Shown in pieces: positions 1-14,088 of a stretch of 64,000 nucleotides of DNA. The notes beneath the pieces were generated by a model. The model ran no database searches. It was given only the letters and a program-made list of their open reading frames with translations, and had not been told where the DNA came from. Every line of letters begins with the position of its first letter. Position 1 is the stretch's first letter. The DNA is from Camelus dromedarius. Taxonomy: Eukaryota. The stretch spans positions 58,468,001 through 58,532,000 of the forward strand of contig NC_087436.1 of the NCBI RefSeq assembly GCF_036321535.1. The letters run 5' to 3'. A program made the translations under genes and the position numbers.

Positions 1-310
1 TGAAGCTTTCAAATATAATTTATAGATTTTATTAATCATCATATTATAACTCAGATCTATTTTTTTATTTCTTTGACCACAGAATTGTTTCTAAGATTTT
101 GATTTCTCTAGGATATCCCAGCACATATCACACAGATCATGTTATAATATTTTCTTCTTTCATTCCTTCGCTTTTTACATAGAGAAATCTGTCTGAAATG
201 TGAGGTCCAGTTCATGGACAACTATAACTTTAAATATCAAACTCATTTCAGACTTTTTGTTTTAAATATCAGTTTGTGGTTAATGGCATGTAAAAATGAC
301 AATTAGATAA

Positions 311-361
311 TTTTTTATGGAATTGTATTTTTTATGGAATTGTAATTTTTATGGAATTGTA
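311..361. repeat. 17-bp tandem repeat, 3 copies (ttttttatggaattgta)
   Basis: Read directly from the sequence; one substitution in the third copy. Confidence 0.9.
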
Positions 362-1104
362 TTTTTTTCTCCATTTTAACAAGAATAAGTAGGAATTCTG
401 ACAAGATCAAAAAAATTAAGTAGAATTATCAAAATCTTCTCTTAGAAAGGGATAAATATCTCTGCAATAAACTGTTAAGTTTATGAAAAGCACTGTATTC
501 CTATTTACAATTTTGATAGAGAATCAGAGATTTCTCTACACTCCCAAGTAAAAGAAAAAGATTCAGCTTAATTGAACATTAGAAAACTTCATTGAACAAA
601 AATTTGGCTAGCCATTTAAAAAAAACAGTGGGAATCCCAGTGAAATTGATTTTTCTCTTCATGTTCTTCTATATAGCAACACTTTGATCTACCAAACATA
701 TCTTTTAAAATATGACAGCTAATTTTAAGAACTCACTGGCATGATAAAAATTGCTTTCCTAATGTATCCATCAAAATTTCAAACTGTTAGCTAAAAAGAG
801 TACAGTCAATAGAATAGAGACCAAGAGATAACCTTTATCTCCTATCTCCAGGCAACTTGGACAGGCAAGATAAATGGAACAAAAGATACACTGAACAGTT
901 TTTGTTTTGTTTCTTTCTAGGAAGCTATTTCCAACATATTACTTTGTATTTTTTACCTCTTTTTCAATAGTCAAAATTTGTCTCAAGTCAAAGTTTTCAT
1001 GAAACCCTATATAGAAGGAAGGGAAAAGAATACAAACAGAAAGTAAATAATTGGAAACAATTATGAGGGGTTGACATATACAAGAAACTGTTTGGGACTG
1101 GAGA

Positions 1105-1255
1105 GACATTATCTTAGTGAATTCTTACAACTACCCTATTAAGTAAGAATTGTGACTCTTATTACACAGATGAGAAAAACTGAGGCTTAGAGAGACTACC
1201 TTAAGCAAAATCACACTGTTAGGGAATGAATTTGGACTTGGGCTTGTCTGACTTG
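1105..1255 (-). mobile_element. MIR SINE fragment
   Basis: acagatgagaaaaactgaggcttagagag matches the reverse MIR core. Confidence 0.75.
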
Positions 1256-2055
1256 AGAGTTTATTCCTATCATCTCATTCCTCAAAATTTCAGACTTTTT
1301 GAAAAATATGGTATAAAACCTTTACAATAAGGTGGTTTCAGGAATGAAAAATGGGTCCATATTAGATGAGTTAAATTTGTTACTTTATTCAAAATAGTGA
1401 GAAATCTTCACTGCTTTTATTTTTAATACCAGTGACAAAGTCATTATACTCAGAAAAAAAAAATCATTTTATAACAAGACAAAATTTTCTTGATATTTTC
1501 AGTACTACAAATGCTTTAATACATAAGTCACTAGTATTTTAACTCACATATTTAAACATATAATGCGTATCAATATTTCTTTCATCTTCTATGATCTCAC
1601 AATAATTCAGTGATTTGTTAGACATGAACATTATAAAAGTATACAATTAAAATATCCAATTTTTGAGCCTCTTCAATGATGTCCCTGAGAATGGTTCATC
1701 TAGTTAATGTTTGAACACATTCTCTGATGCAGAATTTACTATTTCCCAAAGAAGTCCATCTCTAGGCATTAATAATTATTCCCATAGTAGCATAGTTGAT
1801 GCAATTATTGTTTTCACTATTTCTATGCATGCTACAATTAATATTTTGACCTAGAGGTATTTCTTATAGATGTGCCATTATTGTTTATGAAGTGTCTAGT
1901 TCTCTGAATTTTACACTGAAATAAAAAGTTATTTGGTATGATTCTGATAAAAATAACTCCAGTCTAAACATTCCTCAAATAGTATTCTCCTATCTTGACA
2001 GAAGCAGTGCCTTTTGGTTAAGAAAGTCTTCATCAAGGTCAAAAGGTGTTGTTTT

Positions 2056-2390
2056 GGGTTTTTTTTTAATTTGAAATATAGTCAGTTTACAATTTTGTGT
2101 TAATTTCTGGTGTACAGCATAATGTTTCAGTCATATATATATAAATATATATTCATTTTCATATGCTTTTTCATTATAAGTTACTATAAAATATTGAATA
2201 TAGTTGCCTGTGCTATACAGAAGAAATTTTTGTACATCTATTTTTATATAGTAGCAAGTATCTGCAAATCTCAAACAAAAAAAGGCACAAATGAACTTTA
2301 CAAAACAGAAACAGACTCACAGACATAGAAAATAAACTTATGGTTACTGGGGGGAAAAGGAGGTGGGAAGGGATAAATTGGGAGTTCAAA
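2056..2390 (-). mobile_element. 5'-truncated L1 3' end with 5' inversion
   Basis: Poly-T plus antisense L1 3'UTR at 2056-2276, then the adjacent upstream part of the 3'UTR in sense orientation at 2277-2390. Degenerate TSD tcaaaaggtgttgtttt / tcaaaatgtgtgtttt. Confidence 0.85.
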
Positions 2391-4044
2391 ATGTGTGTTT
2401 TTAAAAAAATAGGAAGGTATCTAAACTGTGATGTAAAAGATTAGTCACAGAAATGTAATCTTAAAGCTAGGATAAGAAACAAACCTGAATCTTATCAGAT
2501 GTGATGTTTCTAAATTATAGTTAAGTAGTGAGATATAGAAAGATGTAATTGGCATCTAAAACACTTAATATTAAAGTAACCAGAAAAACTGGTCCATTGT
2601 GACTCTTAATAAACTTCTATTCTATTATATGCAACTCATTCATACTTTTGTGTCCTGAGTCTATTATACTAATCTACAATGTAGAGTAGATCTTTTTTAA
2701 GGAATAAATAATTTTCTATTCTTAAGTCTTTAAGTTTTGGGGCAGGTTCTGATTGCAATCACTATAATTTATTTATATTTTTTCTCATTTATCCTCACTG
2801 AAATTTGACTAAAACATTGAAAAAGAACATCAGATAGGCTAATAATTAAGATTCTTTAAACATAATATTTACTAATTAGTTTATTTTTCTATCTACAGTG
2901 TAAATAACCAAATATGGGAACAAAAATCATGACCTGTCTATGAGTGTAATTATGAAATACCATCCTGGAAGTAATTCAAGTTTAAATAAATGCATGAAAT
3001 GAATTACCTAAGGAACATTAGATCAATATTGTCAGAAAACAAGATTATACCTATCTTGAAAATGTGTATTTTTATGATGAATAAACTTTGTTTTACTCCT
3101 TTGTTAATTTGCAGTCACCATAAGTACATAGAACAAAAAGCACATTTTATACCAGTGAGCACACAAATAAAAAGTTACTATATAAAAATTTAAGAAGGTA
3201 AGTAACTCATTAGCTTCATGTCACCAGAAAAATGAGTAAGCAATTCATCATACTCAAAATGGCATAAAGTGTCACGCTATCACCTATCTCAGGCAATAAA
3301 GCCCATCCTCATCTTGGATATAGATAAATGGTGGTCTCTTGATGTGCGTTGCTCAGTTCATGTCACTCATATTCCTTAAAGTTTCACTCAAAACTCATCT
3401 TCTAATGGACAGTTTTAATGATAATACTCATCATCCTCTCACTTTCCTTTATTCAATAACTATCATTCATTAACATCTTCATTTACACATAATTTTGTGA
3501 ACATTTCATGTTGTGGAACTCAAGCTTAAGGCTAACGATGCAGCAATAGACCAGTGTGCTATCTGTAACCTCACAGAACAGGTAGAGTAACAGCTATTTA
3601 TGGAGCATTTACTGTGCCAAGCACTTAGCCTACATTACTTAATCTTCAAAAGAACTTTGTTAAACAAGTTTGCTGGATACAACTTTTACCTTTCCATTTT
3701 CTTTGTGTTAACCGCAAAAGTTATGCTTTATTATGAGAAGAGATACTTAAATGAATTTTCTGTAATTTTCTCTTGGAAGCAACTAACAGGACCAGTGAGC
3801 ACATTATTCATTCACGAACACTGTTGAATTACAGTATCATCTGTGAGATAAAAATAGAACCATCCAAAACACCAATTTAGAATCCACATTTATCAAACAA
3901 TGATGAAAGGTGGGACACCTAAAATTGTTAAGTATCTGAATCTTAGAAAGAATTTAGAAGCCTAAAAATAATTGTTAGGATTATTGCATGTGAAGTCACA
4001 CAGGCTTGGTTTCAAATTATAGTCTGCATCTCGAAAGCTATTTT

Positions 4045-4183
4045 TAACTGAGGGGGTTTGTAATTAGGTTTCTTATTTATTTATTTATTTGTTTGTTTGT
4101 TTGTTTTAATGGGGTTAGTAGGGATTGTACCAGAACCTCACGCATACTAGGCATGCTCTCTACCACTGAGCTATACCCTCCCC
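4045..4183 (-). mobile_element. Camelid tRNA-derived SINE (Vic-like)
   Basis: Reverse complement reads ggggagggtatagctcagtggtagagagcatgcctagtatgcgtgaggttctggtacaatccc with A/B-box-like motifs, then an A-rich tail with aacctaattac; agctattttt occurs on both flanks. Confidence 0.85.
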
Positions 4184-7100
4184 GCTATAAGAGCTATTTT
4201 TAAGAAAAATGAGAAAAGGCTCACAGGTGCTGAGTATACATTTATCACTTAATAAATATTTACAGGTAGTTATTTATTATTAAAATGTTAGAGATAAGAT
4301 CAAAATTAAGTAATAAATTTATCAATCAATAGAAGACAGAACAGTAAGTGATTTAATTATAATTATATTCAGGAATCATGGTGACTAACTCTGGGGAAAG
4401 AACTAGAGAAAATAGACAAACTATAAATTTAAAGACAGGTTAGACAGAAAGTAGAATTTTCTGAAAGTGATAGAGTGAAGGGTGCTAATTATATTAACAA
4501 ATTGTCAAGATAGGATATAAAACCTCACTTTATATTTATTTATTAGTGCTAATTCCTTGGATCATCTTGCTCAAGTTTAAAATACATACATAAAAACACA
4601 CATCCTCCAAGTTCTCTGGAAAGCAGGTTGTTTGCCAAGATGTTTGTATCCCAAGAAGGTCTTTGAAAAGGCTAATAGACTGTTTGCAAATACAGACCAT
4701 GATCACTGCTCACAACACAAGTGCCATTTAGAGTTGCATCCTGAACAAGCCACTTAAAGTGTAATTATTCATATATTAGAGCATGTTTGTTCCGGGCAGA
4801 CTGCAGCAAGAAGACATATGAGGAAATCTATTTGCATAAAAACCCAGAAATCTAAATAATTCATCCTTTTACTCATAACAAAAAAAGATGTCATTTTTTA
4901 AAAAAAGCTGTGTTGTAAATACATGCATGATCAAGGATTGGTGATTATAAATCCATTTTACCACTGTAATTAAAGGGCAACATTCAATGCAGCTCACTTG
5001 CAACATAATAGTGTGTCTATCAAAATGCTTCACTATTCCTAAGGTAGACCTTTGTTAAATAAATACTTGTTCATTTAGAAGGGAAATGAGCATATCTAAT
5101 AGATACCAGTGTGGATATAAATTACTTAAACTCTCTACAATAACTTGGGATAAAATTTCATGTTCATTACTGAAATAATAAAAATATCTCAATCAAATAA
5201 TCAAAGTATATAATAATCAAAATATAATGAATGAACAATGGCAAATTTAATTGTCAAGAAAAATTATAAGATATTTTAAATAGAACAGTATAATTATTTC
5301 ATAAAATTATGTACTATACAGTATAAAGAGGAGAAATAAAAATTCATGCTGGATTGAGTTTACTGGACGTGAAGCTAACGTAAGCCTGCTTATAGAAAGA
5401 ATACTGTGTATGCCTCTTTCACTGAGTATTCACAAACACTTATTGTTCTTTTGGTAACTGTACCTTGAATGTGCTATGTTATACACAGCACTGGCTGATA
5501 AAATATAGTAACTACTCATCTAGAATATTCATACAGAAATAAACAGAAAATAAATATTTTTTTCAAGTCTAATTTTGAAAATGTCATGCTAACTGCTGTT
5601 TATTATACTTAGCCATTTTTAGGGCATTTACTTGCCATCCATTTCTCTATAAAATGTCACTTGATTTTGGAAAAGAAAGGCTGGGGAACAAAAGGCATAT
5701 ATTAGAGGGAAAAAAACTGGATAGAAAATTATTTTTTAAAGAAAATAATTAAAATATCAAAGATTTTAATAATATTCCTATACTTAGGTTATGTACTCAT
5801 ACATATATACAGAGTGGAAAATATAAGACAGAAAAGTAAATGAAAAATTGAAGTTGCACAACTCTTATTAGGGAGATTTATGTAAATCAACTTTTCAATT
5901 TCATCTGAATTCCCTAGAGGTTTTTCTTTAAGTTGCAGTTTAAAAAAAAGGAGAGCTATTATCAGTCTTTATAGGATACTAATTTTAATTCTACTGTATA
6001 GTTCTAATACTATGGAACATATACTTAGATTTCTAGGGCAGTCTCACTTACTTGCCACTTGCTCTAGTAATGATGGAGTTTAATTGATATACTTGCAGCC
6101 TAATGCTCTTTTTCAGTTTGTCTCTTGGTCATTTTTATATGACCGTAACTGCTATACTTCTGGCCTTTAACGACTCTTTGTTCCATCTATACCAATCAGC
6201 TATTTTGAGCACTACTTTAGCACATTAATTCATAACTACAGTCACAGGGAGTTTATGATATACATATGGTTCCACAACAGAAGATAGAGAATTTATTCCT
6301 TAGAATCTCCATGATTTATGAAATAAGTAATGAAGATTGTTGTTTCTACTGGTTTAAACATTTTTATTAATCACAACAATTGGGGGAAGAGAGCATGGTA
6401 GTATGAGAAATGGTTATCAAAAAGTTGAAATATTTTGGAATGATTACTTTGTATTCTTACATCACTTGAAAAATTATATTTCTATTTAATTTCTTTAATA
6501 TAAAATCCATCTATTTTAATAAATTCCCAATATATGTTTCAGTAAGATAAGCATCTGAGTGTATCAGGATAATTTCAGACATATTTCAGAGAACAAGATT
6601 GATGAAATTTTAGTCTAAAACGATTTCTAATTATTCACTGCACTAGCCATGTAAGGCAGAAAATTCACTGCAATTTCCAGACCTAAATGAAAATATGTTA
6701 AAAGAATATTTTTTAAAAAAAGAGAAAATATTCTTTCTCTATTTTAGGTTCCCAAAAATAAACCTTAACCTATATTATATTTTACTAAAAATTTTCATCA
6801 TAACAGGATCAAGATATGACATGGATCTACTATTATGTTGCTTTATTCTCAATTAGTTTACCTTTCAAAAGTTCAAGTAAGCTGCTTTCATTGAAATCTG
6901 CTCACTCATAATGTCAGTGATTCTTTTAATAGCAAAAGTGTGAAGTATTAAAATAACACTGAAGAATGAAAGTTAATGATAAATATTTTGTTTTGAAACT
7001 CAATAATAATGAAAGGTCTGCCTCCACAGCATTCCTAATCACAGATGCAATAGAAAATTTTGTATCATGGGGGAAAATTTTTTTACACCGTTATTCTGAT

Positions 7101-8499
7101 AATGATGGGGGAAAAGCTACTTCACATTAAATATTAGAGAACATGAAAGCATTTAAATAGCTCCCATACTCTTAAGATTGAGTGAATAATTTCCCCGCTG
7201 GTCATAAGAGAAGCAGGTGACTGATTAAGAAATCAAACTCAGGACTACCATAAATCTTCTGTGGTTTTCCTCAACTCTACCTATGACTTACCCTGATTTC
7301 ATCATCAAAAAGGATAAAAAGGACTCAATTAGATTTTCATAGAAAGATTGTGGGTCAAATTAGAGCTGTCTACATAGATAAATGAAATGGAAAATTCTCA
7401 AATTTGATATGTACTACAAAAAAAAGAGTAGCCTATCATTTTGCAACTATGCCTACAGTGCTGTTAAACATGTAAATGAAAAGGTAAAAGGACAAACCTT
7501 CTGTGAAACATAAGCTTTTTACTTCTAGCTCAAAAGATGAATTTAGATCAAATTTTGGATTGTGGATTGAACACTAATATATAAGCTTGCTACTGAAAAA
7601 TAGCAATCAAGTTATAAAATTTGTCTAGAGTTACTTCAATAAGATTTAAATAAACTATTATTCTTTGAAGGACACATGCAAAAACACTAATAATTATATT
7701 TGCATATGAATAATTAAGCATATTTATATTCTTCGAAATAAAAAATAACTTAATCAATTTAGAATAAAACACACTTGAAAAAGTTAAATTGCATCTCTTA
7801 TAAAATTATTAATCCTTTTAAATCTACATTGACCTAAATGTTTTATGAAACTGATATATTACTACTTGACCTAAATCTTCTGATTGTGGTCTTAATTATC
7901 TTTGATTTGCTGTTAAGTATATTTATGAATACAGAATATTTGCTTCTCCAGGTCAGATGGGAGCAAAAACTTTAGAGTCCTACTATAGTTTATCAAGGAC
8001 AAAGTATTTCAGTTAAATATTTGACTTTACAGATTTACTAACAAGAAATATATCTTTTATTCAAATCCTCCAAAGAGGCAACACTCCCATTCTGCTTACA
8101 TTTTACTCTCTTTGCTATAAAGATTTCATTTTCACATGTGGCATTCTCTTTCCTCCCCAGACTTGACACCAAAAAATCAAGTGAAGAAGAGAGGATGGGC
8201 AGCTTTTCTCTTTTTATCGCTGGAGCAGGAGTGTGTGACAGAGTTGAGGAGGAAAGGAATGATCACATCTGAACTAAACATATTTTATTTGTGAAGTAAA
8301 AGCTACTTTGTATGTGTGTACATGTGTGAGTATCCTAGGACTTTGAGCCTTATGATTTTTCAAAATACCTTTTTAAGGAGAAAATATTTTTTGTGTTGTT
8401 AATAGTCAATTGCTTCTGTACTTTAGGCAAGAGCTAAGAGAGACAAAAACTTTTATAGTTTTTATTTTTTATAAATGCCAACTACACTTCCTTGCATAA

Positions 8500-9210
8500 G
8501 CCATCTTCTTCTTTGGCTCTCATACAGATTTAGACCCAGATTTTGTTAAAATTTCTGAAATTTTACTTTTGAAAAAATTGTAAAATTATGGAGGCAGTAT
8601 TAGGTATGACAATAAATATTTCCTCAGAATGAATAAGAAGGAATCACAAACACCTACAAATTTAAAAATCAGCAACCTCACAAACATCACAAAATGTATA
8701 CAAGTAACATATTTTTATCAATTAACTGCCTGACATAGCTCTATAAAGATCTTTCCCTATCCTTTATGGCTTCATTCCCTTAAACGATAACATTATTACA
8801 TAAAGGGAATGCATTGTCCAATTTTAGAAAACATCTGTTAAATTTCTTTTATACTTCAGCAAATATAAACATTATTGCTGTTTGTAATACTAAAGGTCTC
8901 CAGCTGTATAAACACAAGGAATATGATCAATTATATTTTCACATGATTATCATCAAAAAATTAAAAATTATATGGTACACTTATGATTGTATATCTTACA
9001 TATTCTAGTATATTTAGTATACCCCTGACAGGTAAAGCTTCCATTTTGACTGCATATTGATAAGAACCAAATCCTTCCCTTTTAATTTTACCTTTCTCGC
9101 TCTTTAAATGTATTTGAAATTTTACTTTTCCTCTACTTTCCACGTACTTCTGGGGCCAGGCACCGGAGGACAAGTTACAAAACAAATGATTTAGCGATAC
9201 TGGCCTTCTT
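8500..9210. mobile_element. Old hAT-Tip100 DNA transposon fragment (Arthur1/MER69-like)
   Basis: acaaatttaaaaatcagcaacctcacaaacatcacaaaat and cttttcctctactttccacgtacttctggggccaggcaccggaggac resemble the recalled consensus. Confidence 0.5.
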
Positions 9211-9238
9211 CAAAAAGATGATAACAATCTCAAATAAA

Positions 9239-10243
9239 CAGTGATCAAAACAGCATAGTATTGGCACAAAAACAGACATATGGATCAATGGAGCAGAACA
9301 GGAAGCCCAGGAATAAACCCACATACCTACAGTTAACTAATCTTTGACAAAAGAGGCAAGAATATACAATAGAGAAAAGACAGTCTCTTCAGGAAGTGAT
9401 GTTGGGAAAGCTGGACAGCTGAGAACACTCCCTCATATTATGCACAAAAAGAAAATTCAAAATGGCTTAAAGATTTAAACATAAGACAAAATACTATAAA
9501 ATTCTTTGAAGAAAATATAGGCTAAACATTCTTTGATATAAAGCACAGCAATGTTCTCCTAGGTTAGTCTTCTGAGGCAACAGAAATAAAAGCAAAAGTA
9601 AGCAAATGGGCCATAATTAAACTTACAAGCTTTGCACAGCAAAGGAAACCATAAATAAAATGAAAAGACAACCTATGAAATGGGAGAATACACTGCAAAT
9701 GATGCAACTCACAAGGACTTTATCTCCAGAATATAAAAACAGCTCATAGAGTTCAGTAACAAAAAACAAAGAATCCAAAAATAGGCAGAAGACCTAAACA
9801 AACAATTTTCCAAAGAAGACATACAAATGGCCAATAGGCATGTGAAAAAAAAATGCTCAATATTGCTAATTATCAGAGAAATGTAAATAAAAACTACAAT
9901 GTGGTATCCCCTTCACACCAGTCAGAATGTCCATCGTTTAAAAGTCCACAAATGATAAATGCTGAAGAGGGTGTAGAAAAAGGTAACCCTCCTATACTAT
10001 TGGTGGGAATGTATTTTGGTGTGGCCATTATCAAAAACAGTATTGAGTTTCCTTAAAAAACTAAAATAGACTTACCATATGATCCAGCAAGCCCACTTAA
10101 AAAAAAAATATATATATATATACACACATACACATACACACATGTGTTTATGTATATTTTATATATATATTCATATACATATATATGAATCACTATCCTA
10201 TAAGTCAGAAATTAGCACGACATTGTAAATTGACTATAATTCT
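9239..10243 (+). mobile_element. L1 fragment (decayed ORF2 3' part plus terminal 3'UTR, internally deleted)
   Basis: ORF2 motifs such as atcaaaacagcatagtattggcacaaaaacagaca and ttaccatatgatccagcaa; the terminus gaatcactat...ttgtaaattgactata follows an AT/CA microsatellite. Confidence 0.9.
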
Positions 10244-10349
10244 AGTGCATACATCACTGGAAAGTCCAGATTATGTGTTTACATGAGGTTCTACTGAAAA
10301 TCTACACCTGCACATCAACCTGATTAAAATTAATCTGTTTTCATCTTTT

Positions 10350-11290
10350 CATTTTGGAAGTTTTTAAACATAAAAAGAGAGAAGACTACTGTAATGAACA
10401 CTTCACTACCCAATGCCCAACACTAAGCTTCAGAGATTAAGAAACGTTCCCAAACAAATTTTATCCATCCCACAAAGCTTTTTATATTATTTTATTTTAT
10501 TTTGTTTTATTTGATGTTAAATAAAACTTATGGTTCTTTGCCTTTCCATTTGTGAATACATCAGTATGCATCTCTAATTAATAAAAGCTTATTAGATAAT
10601 ATAGCCAATAAAATTAAAAATAAATCCTAAATAACATTTACACCAATTATTACACCAACATTGAGTTTATATTTAAATGTTATGATTGTTTCAAAGAGCT
10701 CTTTATAAAGTTGGTTGTTCAAATCAGGACCCAAAATTCCACAAAGAACATTTGATTATTGGATCTCTAAAGTCTCTTCTTAATTCTATACTATCACCTG
10801 CACTAAATTTCGCTTTTCTTGACATAGCTTTGATTGCTTCTTTGTGGTTTTGGTTGATTTTTTTCCCACCAGTTTTGGTATTTTCCATAAACTGGTAATT
10901 AGAGCTAATGTCTTGATAAGTTACAGGGCCTTTTTTTAATGAAAGGATGCTCCACACATGATCCTGTATATTTTCAACTGCATTACATTCTGACGAATAC
11001 AATATAAAATCATCCCACTTTAGTAATACTGGGACTTACTTTCAGGTTCAGATTATGTCAACCAGAGACCTATCTTATCAAATTCCCTACCAGTATCCAT
11101 CTGATTAGTGTATTCATTCATTATCATCACCTGGATGTGTCATTTTAGTATAAGTTACAAAGTGGTGGTTTTTCTAATTTTGTTATCCCTCCTGCATTTG
11201 TTGAAAATCATCTCTAAAAATTAGGAACTTTTTCTATGAGAAATTGTTCGTATAATAAAGACAGGACAAATACCTGACCCTTTCTCTTTA
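10350..11290 (-). mobile_element. Ancient L1 (L1MC/L1ME-type) 3'UTR fragment
   Basis: Diverged resemblance, e.g. ggttgttcaaatcaggacccaaaattccaca and gtctcttcttaattctata. Confidence 0.45.
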
Positions 11291-11399
11291 ATTATCTATT
11301 AAAATTAGCATCATATACTTCTTCTCCTTACTTACCCTTCCACCCACATTTAGTTATATAGCACCTGAGTCAATGCTTAGACTGTATTCTGCAATTCCT

Positions 11400-12135
11400 C
11401 CTCTCCTGCATTCACTTGTAATTGTAGCCAGGTTTTATTTCTCTCTAAAGCTTTTCACTGCTCTCTGCTTCTCCACTACCAATTATTTAAGTAGATTCTA
11501 CTCATCATTGCTTATCAGTGGCCACCAAATCAGAACTCTGGGCCTGACTTGAACGCACCCTCTACACAACAGCTGAAGTGATGGTTCAAAGTGTAGAATA
11601 CAATAGCATCAAATGCTTAAATCCTAACAGTTTCTCAGCGTCTTAAGGTAAACTCCAAGCAAACGCCTTAATGATCCATCCCTGCTTTGTGCCCACCTCA
11701 CTTCCTATGATTCCCCACTGGGTTTCCTGGGCTGCAGTTCTATTTAGCTGTATGTGGTCATTTGAACTTACATTCTGTTTTCACATATCTTTGTACCTGC
11801 TAATTCATAAACCTAGAATCTTAGTCCACTTTATTTCTGGTTTTCAAATTAATATTCATTCTTTTAGACTGAATGCAGAAGTCAACTATTCAATGTGCTC
11901 TTTTCTCATCTTCCCAGACAGAAACAGGCATTTGGATTTGTGTGTTTGTTCCCTTATAGCCGTTAGGCAGACTATGTTCCTGTACCTACTATGTGGCTGA
12001 AGGATTTGTGTACATGTCTAGTTTTCCCACCAGGCAGAAGGCTGGTCAAAAGCAAGGGCGTGCTCATCACTGCAGAATCTTCAGTGCCCAGGGCAGTCCT
12101 TTTGGTATATAGTATATACACAGTAATGATGAATT
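11400..12135 (+). mobile_element. L2 3' fragment
   Basis: Pyrimidine-rich L2-like body ending in cagtgcccagggcagt...aatgatgaattaatga. Confidence 0.55.
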
Positions 12136-14088
12136 AATGATTGGTCCTATGAAGCATATTGTGCCTGTGTTCTTTTCCTGCCCACTACATAGGTCTCCCT
12201 TAGGCTCAGTTCTGGCTTCTGGTTTTCATTCTCTTTACTTACACCCAGTGAGGGCTCATCTACTCTTCACTTCTCATTTTTTATCCAGTTTCCTGTCTTC
12301 CGTTATCTACACTGTAGCTTTACGCAGATAGTCTTCTAAATAAGGTGGTTTCTCGGCCATATAGGAAAAGACTCCTTACCAACCACAGATACATTTTGCT
12401 TATTCCTACTTTTTTACTCACATGAAGTAATGATACTGCTATGAAGTATCCTTCCTACTTTCTGCAAGTTTTTCAAACAATATTTTCTTTGGGTGATGAC
12501 CAAGAAGTAACTATAGTAGAGCACAATGTTCAAAGGTTACCCTAGGATGCTTGATCCCTTCCTTCATTTTTACTTTGTAAAAGCCGAGTTAACAAGATTT
12601 TACCACACACTTCTTTGGCTTAATGTCCCCCTCTCCCTTTTATGTATGTATGCATGCTTTGTCTTTTTGAAGAGACTATAAACTTCTCAAGACCTCAATC
12701 AAACAGTTCTTCCTTAATACATACTGAGAATGCTGCTAAACATAGTATATGCTTTAAATGCCTCTATGAATGAAAAAATACTATCTAAATGAATAGATAT
12801 TACTTTTATAATTCTAATCATTGTGAAAGTCATTTTCAATGTCACATTCCATTTTTAACATTATCATCCTTATTTTTAAAATGAAAAAATTAAATACTGG
12901 AACAAAGAATACAATGATCAATCTTCAAATAATAATTCTTAAAATGACACAATTAAAATTCATAATTTATATACATGTACCCATAACCCAAGTAACAAAG
13001 TTTAATTAGTTAAGTTTGCATGTGAACTCATTTATTTTATTATCTTTTCCAGTTTATTGAACAGTTTCTTAATTGCGTAAAAGAGACCATGAATCACACA
13101 TCACCTCAAGCTATGTTTTAGGATTAGTAATTTTGATGATGCTGTTTCATTCTTTCCTTCCTTTGTCTTTCATGCCAACTAAACAGAGAAGATTAATTTG
13201 ACCAATCTCTCCATATACTTTGCAAGCAATGAAACTCAATGATTCAAAGTATGGGGAAAGTATCCTTTTATTTTATCTTTAACATTATAAATGTCACTAT
13301 TTATAATAAGGTTCAGACAAGGGAAAAAGAATAGAACACTGTAACTAGGCCCCTGTACTGAAAAATCAGATCAATAACTATGATGTTAAGAATTAATAAT
13401 GACTTTTCACATAAAATGGAAAAAAATGTTTTTGAATAACCTGCTTATTTAGTGAAGGCTAAGGTTGTAGGCTGACTATTAACTGTTACACACTTATTTT
13501 CAATTCTCATGAAACTCTGAAAGAAATGCACTTAAACCTAATAAAAAATTTTGTAGCTTTGTTCTATGCTACTAACACATCAAATTGGAAAATATAGATA
13601 CTTGACTTTTTTTAGTCATACTTATTACCTTTACCAAAGTGATCCTGATATAGAATAGGTGGTCATAAATGTTCTACTTTGTAAATGTATTTGGAAATAT
13701 TCATTTAATGCTTCAGCTATTTTAGTATCTTTGATGACTACATCTCCCATTATAATTTGTAATACTATATCTCACTCCTCCTGCAACCTCTTCCTAGATA
13801 AAGCTAAAAAATAATTCTGAATATGTATAAACCCTGTGTGACACATATACATATATATGCCATATATTAAATAGTATATAATTATCACTTTATTATAGTA
13901 ATTTTAAAATACTCACTGTGTGCAGAAATTTATTAAGCAGCCCTGATAAATTCAAATTTACTTTCCAAATCTGATGAAAATCATTTTTTAAATTCTTTCC
14001 TTGTTCATTTCACTCTCCCTGGTGCATTAATGTGATCAGAAGCATTTATAGTTCATTATTCACATTGTAAGGGGTTGTGAAAGCTTAC

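Noticed and set aside
311..361. CRISPR-like repeat array
   Set aside because: Head-to-tail repeats without spacers, in mammalian DNA with no cas genes.
5464..5519. Minus-strand 56-nt exon (MSSYYILSASAVYNIAHS)
   Set aside because: Plausible acceptor but weak donor (gtacag) and an unrecognised peptide.
8140..8272. Plus-strand acceptor followed by an open frame (LDTKKSSEEERMGSF...)
   Set aside because: No convincing donor, the frame ends in a stop, and it lies near a DNA-transposon relic.
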